Origin: Candidatus Latescibacterota bacterium
GTDB taxonomy: Bacteria > Latescibacterota > UBA2968 > UBA8231
Length of the DNA: 64,000 nucleotides
Direction of reading: 5' to 3'
Assembly: GCA_965197905.1 (NCBI GenBank)
Contig: CBDAOB010000005.1
Span: forward strand, 480,001-544,000
Each line of letters begins with the position of its first letter. Positions within the stretch are counted from its first letter, which is position 1. The notes under the pieces were generated by a model. The model was not told the DNA's origin. It searched no databases and was given only the letters and a program-made list of their open reading frames with translations. Made by a program: the position numbers and the translations under genes. Shown in pieces: positions 29,960-39,406 of this stretch.

Positions 29960-30210
29960 TATACCTTCCTGGACGATCCCCGATTCTTTGAGAACTTCGG
30001 AGGTTTTGAGCCGGACGACACACAGCTCCGTCGGCGCCTCGATTTCAGTATCGATGAGCCGGATGCACTACACCCCTGCGTTTGGATCAATGGGAGATTT
30101 GGCCGCAATTCAAACTGCCCTATTTGAAGTTGATCGACGCGGATGCGGACCACCTCAACATCTTCGTCGGCGCGCTCATCGGGTTCACCTAATACGGGGT
30201 ACTCTTTTGA
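29960..30210 (+). pseudogene. Heavily decayed family A 3' remnant
   Basis: Fragments YTFLDDP..GFE, RRRLDF, EIWPQFKLPYLKLIDADAD and LNIFVGALIGFT*YGVLF*, with frameshifts and TAA at 30190; nucleotide similarity to 25830-25953 and 26260-26319. Confidence 0.7.
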
Positions 30211-30211
30211 G

Positions 30212-32155
30212 GTGCGTTTGAACAGCGATGCACCTTTGAGCCAGCATCGCTCAATCACCCTGCGCGCCTTTCTGTTGGGGCTGCTCACCTGCGCCGGGAT
30301 TCTCTACTTCATCATCCAGGTGGGCCAGGGCATGAAGTCGGGCAGCTTCGTCAAGTCCCAATACCCCATCGTGGCGTTCATGCCGTTCGTGCTGTGGTTG
30401 TTCCTCAACACCGCGCTCAAGCGGCTGTGGCCCTTCGTGGCCCTGCGCCAGGGAGAGCTGCTGGCGATCTTTGCCATGCTCTGGGTGGTGGGTACCATGC
30501 CGCAGCTGGGCTGGGTCACCTACTGGACGAGCACAGTAGCGGGTCCCGCGTACCACGCGACGCCCGAGAACAGATGGGCAGACCTGCTCTACGACTACAT
30601 CCCCTGGCACGTGTTGCCGGATACTTCGCAGCGGGTCACCGAACTCCTCTGGTTGGGCTTGCCGGAGGGCATGGAGATTCCTTGGGACGGCTGGATCCGT
30701 CCCATCTTCCATTGGCTTGGTGTGTCGGTTGCGATGGTCATCTTCGGCTTCTGTCTGATGATGCTCTTTCAGAAGCAGTGGCAGGATGGCGAGAAGTTGA
30801 ATTTTCCACTGGCGATGATGCCGCGAGACCTGACGCAGGGATTCGACGGTGAAGGCAGGATGCCGGAGATCTTCCGCTCGCGCCTGTTCTGGATCGGCTT
30901 TTTGGTGGTTTTCCTGGTCTACGCCTACAACATAGTCACCTATTTCACGCCGGGGATGACGGCGACCACCATCTACCTGGAACGCTATGACTGGGAGCTC
31001 GGAGAGTTCCATTCGGTGATCATTCGGGTTCAGCCATTGGTGATGGCGTTCACCTACCTGTGCCCGGTGGATATCCTCGCCAGCCTGATTCTGATCTACC
31101 TGATCTACATGCTGAAATACGGTTTCATGCGGCGATTCGGCGTGGCGATCGGGGAAGAGGGTCAGGAGCTCAAATCGTGGGAAATCCTGTCGCTGGAGGC
31201 GAACGGCGCGCTCTTTCTGATCGCGTTCTGGTCCATCTGGCTTGCCCGCGGCCACCTGCGTCGGGCCTGGCGATCGGCACGGTTCGGCGAGGGAGCTGAT
31301 GTGGATGTGACGCGGTATCGGTGGGCGATCGTCGGCATGGTTCTTTCGGCGATCTTTGTTATCGGCTGGGGGGTCAGTATCGGCATGGACATCGGTACGG
31401 CGACGCTTGCGTTCACCCTGATCGCTCTGACCTATTTCGTCACGGTCAAGCTGATCGCCGCCACCGGCTTTGGTCCCACCTTTCCCAAAGACTCCAAGGG
31501 GATACTGATCGTCGAGGATCTGATCGGTTCCAGCCAACTTGCCCCGCGCAGTCTGGTGGCGTTCAAGATATTCTCCAGTCACGCTTTCTTTGGCGGCGGG
31601 CGAGTACAGGCATGGAACGCGATCGCCCACCATCTTCATCTGTTCTCGGTGTCTCGCCAACCGATCTGGGTTCCGACGCTGATCGTGGCGACCTTCGCCT
31701 TCGGATTCCTAGTAGCCGCCGGCAACACGATCTCGCTGGCCTACCACGAAAGCGGATCGCTCTACCTCTACAACGCCGGGCACGAGATCTACGACCAGAT
31801 GGTGAAGCTGCTCGACAATCCGAAATCCTCCGGTCTGGCGACGCGGGGGGTATGGCTCTGGGGGTTCTTCGAGGCAGGGGCTCTGGCGTTCATTCGCAGC
31901 CGTTTCCACTGGTTTCCCTTCCACCCGATCGGTATCGCACTGCAGACCAGCCTAGGCAGCGCGGTTTACTGGTTCAGCCTGCTTCTCGTGCTGATTGCAA
32001 AGGTGATTCTACTGCGCTACGGCGGCGTTCAGGCGTTTGTGGCCGGCAAGCCGCTCTTCTACGGGCTGGGGGTCGGGTATGTTACCGGCGTCGCCGTTTC
32101 GCTCTGCGTCGATCTGATCTGGTTTCCAGTGGGACACCGTGTGCATGACTGGTGA
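30212..32155 (+). CDS. DUF6785/DUF6784-like membrane protein, copy 2 (close duplicate of 26321)
   Basis: GTG start equivalent to 26321; same 1944-nt length; collinear. Confidence 0.78.
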   Translation: MRLNSDAPLSQHRSITLRAFLLGLLTCAGILYFIIQVGQGMKSGSFVKSQYPIVAFMPFVLWLFLNTALKRLWPFVALRQGELLAIFAMLWVVGTMPQLGWVTYWTSTVAGPAYHATPENRWADLLYDYIPWHVLPDTSQRVTELLWLGLPEGMEIPWDGWIRPIFHWLGVSVAMVIFGFCLMMLFQKQWQDGEKLNFPLAMMPRDLTQGFDGEGRMPEIFRSRLFWIGFLVVFLVYAYNIVTYFTPGMTATTIYLERYDWELGEFHSVIIRVQPLVMAFTYLCPVDILASLILIYLIYMLKYGFMRRFGVAIGEEGQELKSWEILSLEANGALFLIAFWSIWLARGHLRRAWRSARFGEGADVDVTRYRWAIVGMVLSAIFVIGWGVSIGMDIGTATLAFTLIALTYFVTVKLIAATGFGPTFPKDSKGILIVEDLIGSSQLAPRSLVAFKIFSSHAFFGGGRVQAWNAIAHHLHLFSVSRQPIWVPTLIVATFAFGFLVAAGNTISLAYHESGSLYLYNAGHEIYDQMVKLLDNPKSSGLATRGVWLWGFFEAGALAFIRSRFHWFPFHPIGIALQTSLGSAVYWFSLLLVLIAKVILLRYGGVQAFVAGKPLFYGLGVGYVTGVAVSLCVDLIWFPVGHRVHDW

Positions 32156-35100
32156 TCCGCACAAAGAGTCCAGATCGTTGATAGATCGCAATCGGCTCGA
32201 TCGCCGATCCCAGTCGTGCAGGTGCGCGGCGGCAATCGCCTGCTTGCTGCTGCTCTATGGATTGCCGGCGAAGGCCGCGACCGATCGAATTGAAACGACT
32301 ATTCGCCACCTCAGCGGAATGGGATCCCGGGTCGCCGGATATCCCGGTTGCGACAGCGCCGCTGCGTTCATAGAGGCGGAATTTCGCGCCATGGGACTGG
32401 AGCGCGTACGCCGCGAGCAATTCCCGATCACCGTGCCCATGGACAAAGGGGGGCGACTGCGAGTGGGGGACGAGGAGATTCCACTCTACGGTTTGTGGCC
32501 GAACCTGGTCCGCACGTCCACGGTGCCGCCCGACGGGTTGAACGCGCCGATGATCTACGGCGGCAATGGGGATTGGACCGATTTCGACGGTAAAGAGATG
32601 GAGGGACGTCTCGTCCTTCTGGAGTTCAACAGCGAGGATCGCTGGTTGCACGCGGGTGCGCTGGGTGCGCGGGCGGTGGTATTCATCGAGCCGGAGACGA
32701 GCACCTGGCTGCAGGCGAACGAGAAATACATCGACCTACCGCTCGATTTGCCTCGATACTGGATCGACCGGGCCAGCGGTATCGCATTGCGTCAGGAGCT
32801 TCGCGAGGCGGAAGCCCCAGTCAGTCTCTACGGAAGAATGGATTGGGAGGAGCGATCTGCCTGGAATGTCCTGGGCCAGATCTCCGGAACCGATCCCGTT
32901 CTGCGTGACGAGCTCGTGGTTGTTCAAGCGTATTACGACGGCAATTCCGTGGTGCCGGCGCTGGCACCCGCGGCCGAAGCGGCAGCGGGCATCGCCGCTC
33001 TGCTCGAGCTCGGCCGTTATCTTCGCAAGCATCCCCCGGCAAGATCGGTGATTCTACTGGCGACCTCTGCACATTTCCAGCACATGCAAGGTGCGGTGGC
33101 GTTTATGGAACGTCACGCGCGCTTCCATAAAAAATTCGTCGACCGCGTCCCGGAGCCGCTGCCGGTGAAGCTGTTCCTCAGCCTCGATCTTTCCACGCGC
33201 AGCGACCAGCTGGCGATCTGGGGCGGCCACAACAAGCCCGATCTGCGCCGTTTCTACGCTCCGTTCGGCCGTCGCTTCACCGAGTACGCCAGCCAGATCG
33301 CGCCAACGGTGGGCATCGACCCGGAGAGCGCGCTGGTCAACGGGATAAGTCCGATCCGCGGGCTCGAATGGAAGAACTTCGTGCCGGAGGGAATGCCGTC
33401 CGATGCCCAGATGACCCACATCGGCGGTCTCATGTCGCTGGTATTCGCAACTGTTTTCGACGGGCGCTTCCAGCTCGACACCCCTCTCGATCTTCCGGAA
33501 TTCGTCGACTACGGGAGTCTTCGGCGGCAAACGTCGTTGTTACTGCCGCTTGTTAGCAAGGGTCTCAACGACCCGCGTTTATTCACCGATCTAAAGCGGT
33601 TCGGCGCACTGATGACGGACAGATTGCGTCACGACAACCGCAAGCAAAGTGTGGTCCTTGGAGATGGCTTCCGTGACCTGAAGGTGGAGGCGCGCAGATT
33701 CCCGAGAAAGAGCCAGTTACCGGACCAGCCGGTCAAGGACGCGCTGGTGGTTGTCATGCCTGGGGGGCATTACACCACCGAATCGCTGAAAGGAGTTCGT
33801 TTCCCCCGTCTGGCGTATACCGACGACAACGGGAATCTCAACGCTGTGGGGTTTCCGACGGGCGGGAGGAACCTCTCCGCCTACCAGCTGGACCCGGTAA
33901 GCGGCGATGTGTTGATGGCTCCGGATTTGAGTAAACGGTCCGAGGTCCACAACGGCAAAGCGAACGCCGGGGGGGGCTTAAATCTCAACATCCGCTACAA
34001 GCTGAATGAAAAGCTGGTTGTGCTGTTTCCCGCGGTTTCGCAACCGCTTTACAACCTCATCGAACCCCGCTTCGTCGTTCCCATGCTCAAGCTGAAAGCG
34101 CTGGATCCGGCAGGTCGACCCGCACGCCAATTCGGATATGCCCTGCGCGGATCCAGCCGCGAAGGAGCTGGGGTGGTGTTCGGACCACGTGGCGTCGAGC
34201 ATGCGGACCGGCTCAAGCTAGTGGTGGGCCGCGGTCGCATGTTGCTCACCAACAGTCAAGGGGTCGAAAGCGAGGCGCAGTCACGGGGGATCGGTTATCT
34301 CCTGTCCGCAGAGACCCTGGGTCATGCGGCGTGGCTGGGGTTGAGGGACATGTGGTCACTAACCGAAAGCCGACTGCGCACTATGCGACGGCACGCGATC
34401 GAGAACCGACGCCTTTCACATCTACACGAACGGGCCGGTCAGCTTATGGCCGCCGCCGAGGATGCGCGTCTCAACCTGCGATGGTCCGACTACGTGGCCC
34501 ATCTGCGGGCGGCGATCGGCACCGAGGCGCGGGCGTATCCCGACGCTCTCGGCACTCTCAACGACGTCATCAAAGGGCTGGTGTTTTTCCTCGCTCTGGT
34601 CATACCGGCGGCGTTTTTCGCCGAACGTCTGCTGCTGGCGGCGGCAGACATCCGCCGGCAACTGCTCGGGTTCGGACTGCTGCTGCTACTTGTATGGCTA
34701 ATCATTTCGCAGATCCATCCAGCCTTCGCGATCGCCAACCCGATCGTCATTCTCCTGGCCTTCGCGATCATGGCGATGTCGTTCTTCGTACTGACCATGG
34801 TGGTCGGTCGCTTCAATCGCTATATGCGCGACTATCAGCTGAGTGCGGCGCAGGTGCACGAGGCGGATATAAGCCGGGGCGGTGCGCTCTACACCGCGTT
34901 TATGCTTGGAATATCCAACATGCGGCGCCGCAAGCTGCGCACTTGGCTAACCTTCACTACCCTGACCCTGCTCACTTTTACCGTGCTCTCCTTCTCGTCC
35001 TACCGGGACCGAATCCAGTTTTACGGTTTCGGGCTTTGGCGCAGCGGCGCCTACCACGGCGCCCTGGTTCGCAATTGGGATTGGTACGGGCTGGATCTCA

Positions 35101-36659
35101 CCCTGCTGGAATACGTGCGTTCGCACTTCGGGAGCCACGCCCTGCTTAGTCCACGGTGTTGGTACGTGGTGGACTCCCCCGAAGGAGGCAGCACCATGTC
35201 GGTCAACTACGGCGCCGAATCGGTGCAGGCAGGAGGACTCTACGGCGTCAGCGTGGCCGAGTCGGAACTCACCCGATTTGATGCGGCTGTGGTGGCGGGC
35301 TCATGGTTTGAACGCGACGACGAGGCCACCTGTCTGGTCCCAGTCCAAATGGCAAAAAATCTCGGGATAGGCGCCGACGAAATAGGGCGCGCGACGGTCC
35401 AGGTATTCGGCCGCGAGGTGCTGGTCAGGGGGGTAGTCGACGAAAATCGGGTCAAACAAATCTTCGATCTGGACGGAGAGATCCTGACTCCTGTCGATTT
35501 CCACATCCCTACCCAGGATGTCGGCATTGCACAAGAGGAAGCGGAGCGTGCAACCGACCAGTTCTTCGATTTCATGGAACCCCTCGATCACATACCTCCG
35601 GAACAGGTTCTGTATCTTCCGTATCAGACCCTCATGGACTCTGGCGGGGAGCTGCATTCCATTGCGCTTGGGTTCCACGACGGGACGGATGGACTGGGTC
35701 TGGTGAAAGCCTTTCTGCAACGCGTGGACACGACCCTCTTTGCCGGATTCCCTGAACCGGGCACCGATGAGATTCGGGTATACTCCTACGGCTCTGCGGG
35801 GATGACCTCCATTGAAGGGCTGGGGAAGCTGGTCATACCGATGGTGATCGCCGCCCTCATAGTTTTGAACACGATGCTGGGAGCGGTGTACGAACGCAGT
35901 CGCGAGATCGGTATCTACTCTTCGGTAGGGCTTGCGCCGGCTCACATAGCCATGCTTTTCATCGCCGAAGCCTGTGTCTATGCGGTGCTGGGAATAACGG
36001 CCGGTTACATCCTTGGGCAGGGGACGGGGAAGCTGCTACTGGCGGCTGGTCTCTCCACCGGCGTCAACCTCAACTACTCCTCGCTGGCCGCCGTTGCTTC
36101 GGCGCTGTTGGTGATGGCCATCGTGCTGCTCTCGACCGTCTATCCCGCGCGCCTCGCGGCGCGAGCGGCGGTGCCGGACGTTGTGCGCCGGTGGAAGCCG
36201 CCAGCTACCGACGGCGACCGTTGGAGCTTCCAGTTCCCATTCATGGTCAACGCCGCCGAGGTCGTGGGCGTCTGCGGATTTCTGCACAGCTACTTCTCGG
36301 CCTACAGCGAGGAATCGTTGGGTACCTTCTACGCCGACAAGACGCGTATCGTTGGCGAGACTGGCGAACTCGGCGAAGAGTTCGGGCTGCAGATGGTGAT
36401 CTGGCTGGCGCCCTTCGACATGGGGGTGAGTCAGTACTTGCAGATCGCTTTTGCGCCGACGGATTCTGCCTCGATTTGTTCTATCGAGATTTTCATACAG
36501 CGCATCAGCGGCCAGGATGCGTTCTGGAAAAGCACCAACCAGCGTTTCATGAACGGCCTGCGTAAGGAGTTTCTCATCTGGCACACCCTCGACGCCAGAT
36601 CCAAGGAAGAACACCGGCAAACGGCACTGCACCAGCTTGCCCTTGCGGAGGCGAGATGA
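32145..36659 (+). CDS. Fusion of degenerate M28 peptidase/PA domain with FtsX/MacB-type permease (~1500 aa)
   Basis: Signal-peptide-like segment; SRVAGYPG, NVLGQISG.DP.L.DE.VVV.A.YD; TM block; SNMRRRKLRT; FtsX motif VYERSREIGIYSSVG...I...FIAEA. Start codon uncertain. Confidence 0.8.
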   Translation: MTGDPHKESRSLIDRNRLDRRSQSCRCAAAIACLLLLYGLPAKAATDRIETTIRHLSGMGSRVAGYPGCDSAAAFIEAEFRAMGLERVRREQFPITVPMDKGGRLRVGDEEIPLYGLWPNLVRTSTVPPDGLNAPMIYGGNGDWTDFDGKEMEGRLVLLEFNSEDRWLHAGALGARAVVFIEPETSTWLQANEKYIDLPLDLPRYWIDRASGIALRQELREAEAPVSLYGRMDWEERSAWNVLGQISGTDPVLRDELVVVQAYYDGNSVVPALAPAAEAAAGIAALLELGRYLRKHPPARSVILLATSAHFQHMQGAVAFMERHARFHKKFVDRVPEPLPVKLFLSLDLSTRSDQLAIWGGHNKPDLRRFYAPFGRRFTEYASQIAPTVGIDPESALVNGISPIRGLEWKNFVPEGMPSDAQMTHIGGLMSLVFATVFDGRFQLDTPLDLPEFVDYGSLRRQTSLLLPLVSKGLNDPRLFTDLKRFGALMTDRLRHDNRKQSVVLGDGFRDLKVEARRFPRKSQLPDQPVKDALVVVMPGGHYTTESLKGVRFPRLAYTDDNGNLNAVGFPTGGRNLSAYQLDPVSGDVLMAPDLSKRSEVHNGKANAGGGLNLNIRYKLNEKLVVLFPAVSQPLYNLIEPRFVVPMLKLKALDPAGRPARQFGYALRGSSREGAGVVFGPRGVEHADRLKLVVGRGRMLLTNSQGVESEAQSRGIGYLLSAETLGHAAWLGLRDMWSLTESRLRTMRRHAIENRRLSHLHERAGQLMAAAEDARLNLRWSDYVAHLRAAIGTEARAYPDALGTLNDVIKGLVFFLALVIPAAFFAERLLLAAADIRRQLLGFGLLLLLVWLIISQIHPAFAIANPIVILLAFAIMAMSFFVLTMVVGRFNRYMRDYQLSAAQVHEADISRGGALYTAFMLGISNMRRRKLRTWLTFTTLTLLTFTVLSFSSYRDRIQFYGFGLWRSGAYHGALVRNWDWYGLDLTLLEYVRSHFGSHALLSPRCWYVVDSPEGGSTMSVNYGAESVQAGGLYGVSVAESELTRFDAAVVAGSWFERDDEATCLVPVQMAKNLGIGADEIGRATVQVFGREVLVRGVVDENRVKQIFDLDGEILTPVDFHIPTQDVGIAQEEAERATDQFFDFMEPLDHIPPEQVLYLPYQTLMDSGGELHSIALGFHDGTDGLGLVKAFLQRVDTTLFAGFPEPGTDEIRVYSYGSAGMTSIEGLGKLVIPMVIAALIVLNTMLGAVYERSREIGIYSSVGLAPAHIAMLFIAEACVYAVLGITAGYILGQGTGKLLLAAGLSTGVNLNYSSLAAVASALLVMAIVLLSTVYPARLAARAAVPDVVRRWKPPATDGDRWSFQFPFMVNAAEVVGVCGFLHSYFSAYSEESLGTFYADKTRIVGETGELGEEFGLQMVIWLAPFDMGVSQYLQIAFAPTDSASICSIEIFIQRISGQDAFWKSTNQRFMNGLRKEFLIWHTLDARSKEEHRQTALHQLALAEAR

Positions 36660-36723
36660 TCGGCAGTGGCAGCCGAGACCTACCGTGTCGTGGACCCGCC
36701 CCAGCCTCGCGGGAGCCCTAACC

Positions 36724-39387
36724 ATGGCACGTCGCGATCGCAAGATGCGTCAATGGGAGGAGGTGGAGGAGTACCGCGGCCTGCTGGAGGCGCCCAACCG
36801 CTTCGAGACCGGGTTCACCCTGCGCACAGTTATCGGGGTTCTCTTCATCTCCCTGATCATGACACCCGGAGAGATGTATCTCGGCCTGGTTACCGGCGGC
36901 AGCATCGGGGCAGCCGCTCAATGGGTTACCGTGATTCTGTTCCTGGAGGTGGCCAAACGCTCGTTCACCTCGCTGCGGCGGCAGGAGATCTATCTCCTGG
37001 TCTACGTGGCGTCGGCGTTAGTGGCGCGCGAGGAGGGGGCGTTTCTCGATCTGCTATGGCGTCAGTATTTCGTCACCTCGGCGGAAGCCGATCAGTTCGG
37101 CATCTCCCGCCTTCTTCCCTGGTGGTGGGTCCCAGACCCGGATTCGGAGGCGATCGCCGAACGCACCTTTCTGCATAGCGACTGGCTCGTTCCGATCCTG
37201 CTCCTGATCATGGGCACGATCGTCGGTCGCATCGCCTGGTTTACCTCCGGGTACATGCTGTTCCGTCTGACCTCCGATAAGGAGCAGCTCCCTTTTCCCA
37301 CCGCCCCCATGTCAGCGCTCTCCTCCATGGCGTTGGCGGAAGAGAGCGGTGATGAGAGGGAGTCCTGGAAATGGCCGGTTTTCAGTATCGGTGGCGCCAT
37401 TGGCGCGGTATTCGGAGTGGTATACGTAGGGATTCCCACGGTCACCGAGATCATGGGCAAGAAGTCGACCCTGATTCCGATTCCGTTTGCCGACTTCACC
37501 CCTTATTTCGGCAATTTCATACCCGCGGCCCCACTGGGCATCACCTTGCATCTGGGGCCTATCTTTGCCGGTCTGCTAATGCCGTTCTGGGCGGTGATCG
37601 GCTCTTTTGCGGGCGTCGTCGCACACATCGCCGCCAGTCCCTTCCTTTACGACATGGGGTTGCTGCCGCGGTGGGAGGTGGGCATGGACACGATCCGCAC
37701 CCAGATCGCCACCGGGATCGATTTCTGGCGCGCCTTCTCCATCGGCGTCACCATCGCCGTCACCATCATCAGTTTCTATCAACTTTTCGCCACTGGGCGC
37801 GAGAAGCGGTTGGAGGTCCGCGAAAAGCTGGAAGGAGAGCGCTCGAGCTACCCCGACACCTGCCAGCACGATGGGTGCTCTCGTCCTTCCAAGGTGCGGG
37901 GTCTCTGTCTAACTCACCTGGGCCGCGGTGACTTCAACCTGTGGGCGTGCGCTGCCTTGTTTTGCGTGGCCGCCATCTATCCAATCATCCTCGCAAAAGC
38001 TCTTTTTCCGACCCTAATGAGCGTCGGAATGCTGGTGACCTTCGTGCTGATCGCCTTCCTCTATGCTCCGATCATGTCGTTCGTGAGCGCCCGGCTGGAC
38101 GGGCTTATCGGACGCGAGGTCGCCGTACCCTACATCAACGAAGCGGTGATCTTCCTGACCGGTTATCGCGGCGTGGATGTCTGGTTCGTGCCCTTTCCAA
38201 CCCGCAACTACGGCGGCCACGCGGAAGGTTTCCGCGTGGTTGAGCTCACCGGTATGCGCTTTACCAGCCTGCTCAAGGCGGAGCTGTTCATGATTCCAAT
38301 CGTCTTCGGCGTCAGCCTGATGTACTGGACCTTTCTCTGGCGTCTGGCGCCGATTCCCTCCGACAGCTACCCGTACGCCCAAATGATGTGGCCGCTGCGG
38401 GCGTTTGATCAGGCGCTGTTCTTTTCGAGCACGATGTATTCCCGCAACTGGCGTGCGGGTGAGGAGGTGGAGGGTGAGGTGCTCGGCAGTGGGCATGCGG
38501 CTTGGAGCCCGAGTAATCTCCAGGATCGGCGGTGGTGGTACTGGCGCGCACGCTGTACCACTGATGTCCACATACCTGATCCGCAGAAACGCACTTACGG
38601 CAAGTGGTCGAAGATCGGTTATTTCTACACCGACCTGGACCGCAGCGGTCCTCCTGAACGGATCGCTGTGCCGTTAAAGGGGGGACTCCAAGAATTCACT
38701 CCGGAGACCAAATCCGCGGCGGAGCCAGCGGTGGTGGTTGGTGAGCTTGCTGCGCCACGCCTGCTGTGGCCCCCTGATGGCAGCGGCGTGGCCACCGTAA
38801 ACCCGAATTTTCGCGTGCAGGCCGCGCTAGCTCGCAACGACAGCATCGAGTTTTACTTCGAGGTGGATCGAGTCCCCACCTTCGACGGCCAGTTCCGTTC
38901 CAATTCCGCTGAGCGCCCGCTCCTCTTCCAGGTGCTTTGGGAGGACCTGAAGTATACCGGCGATCTGCGCGACGACGACGGCGACGGTCGCGTCGATGAG
39001 GAGGTGGTAAACGGGAGAGACGACGACGGCGACAAGCTGATCGACGAGGATGTCCATCATCCCTTCGGAGGACTCAAATGGCCAATCATCGCCATCGGGG
39101 CCGGATTCGGGCTGTTCGCCTACTTCCTGCTCTCCTTCTTCGGCATGCCGATATTTCTGATCTGGGGGTACGTGCAGAGTGTCAACGGCATACCTCACAC
39201 CTTGCTGCCCCAGATCATCGGCGCTTTGCTGGCCCGATTCTATTTCTGGAAGCGGTACGGAAAACAGGAGTGGCGGCGCTACGCCATGGTGCTGGCGGTC
39301 GGTTTCGGGGTAGGCATGGCCTTGATCGGCATGTTCTGCGCCGCTCTGGCGATGATCAGCAAGGCGGTCTCCTCCCTTTCCTATTGA
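36724..39387 (+). CDS. OPT-family-like peptide transporter with zinc-finger motif and large soluble insertion
   Basis: Start moved to ATG 36724 (GGGAG upstream); GFTLRTVIG, YL.L..G, E.LPFP.A motifs resemble the OPT/YSL-like fold; many TM helices. Confidence 0.65.
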   Translation: MARRDRKMRQWEEVEEYRGLLEAPNRFETGFTLRTVIGVLFISLIMTPGEMYLGLVTGGSIGAAAQWVTVILFLEVAKRSFTSLRRQEIYLLVYVASALVAREEGAFLDLLWRQYFVTSAEADQFGISRLLPWWWVPDPDSEAIAERTFLHSDWLVPILLLIMGTIVGRIAWFTSGYMLFRLTSDKEQLPFPTAPMSALSSMALAEESGDERESWKWPVFSIGGAIGAVFGVVYVGIPTVTEIMGKKSTLIPIPFADFTPYFGNFIPAAPLGITLHLGPIFAGLLMPFWAVIGSFAGVVAHIAASPFLYDMGLLPRWEVGMDTIRTQIATGIDFWRAFSIGVTIAVTIISFYQLFATGREKRLEVREKLEGERSSYPDTCQHDGCSRPSKVRGLCLTHLGRGDFNLWACAALFCVAAIYPIILAKALFPTLMSVGMLVTFVLIAFLYAPIMSFVSARLDGLIGREVAVPYINEAVIFLTGYRGVDVWFVPFPTRNYGGHAEGFRVVELTGMRFTSLLKAELFMIPIVFGVSLMYWTFLWRLAPIPSDSYPYAQMMWPLRAFDQALFFSSTMYSRNWRAGEEVEGEVLGSGHAAWSPSNLQDRRWWYWRARCTTDVHIPDPQKRTYGKWSKIGYFYTDLDRSGPPERIAVPLKGGLQEFTPETKSAAEPAVVVGELAAPRLLWPPDGSGVATVNPNFRVQAALARNDSIEFYFEVDRVPTFDGQFRSNSAERPLLFQVLWEDLKYTGDLRDDDGDGRVDEEVVNGRDDDGDKLIDEDVHHPFGGLKWPIIAIGAGFGLFAYFLLSFFGMPIFLIWGYVQSVNGIPHTLLPQIIGALLARFYFWKRYGKQEWRRYAMVLAVGFGVGMALIGMFCAALAMISKAVSSLSY

Positions 39388-39406
39388 TTCCGCGGCTACC
39401 CATTCC

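Noticed and set aside
26260..30540. Near-identical segments as a DGR template/variable repeat pair
   Set aside because: Differences are not adenine-specific, both copies are coding 5' ends, and no reverse transcriptase is present.
30251..31660. Long antisense ORFs (469 aa here; also 10344-11387, 12329-13396, 44593-45606, 51787-52851, 54603-55676)
   Set aside because: Shadows of motif-bearing genes on the opposite strand, expected in GC-rich DNA; no recognisable motifs.
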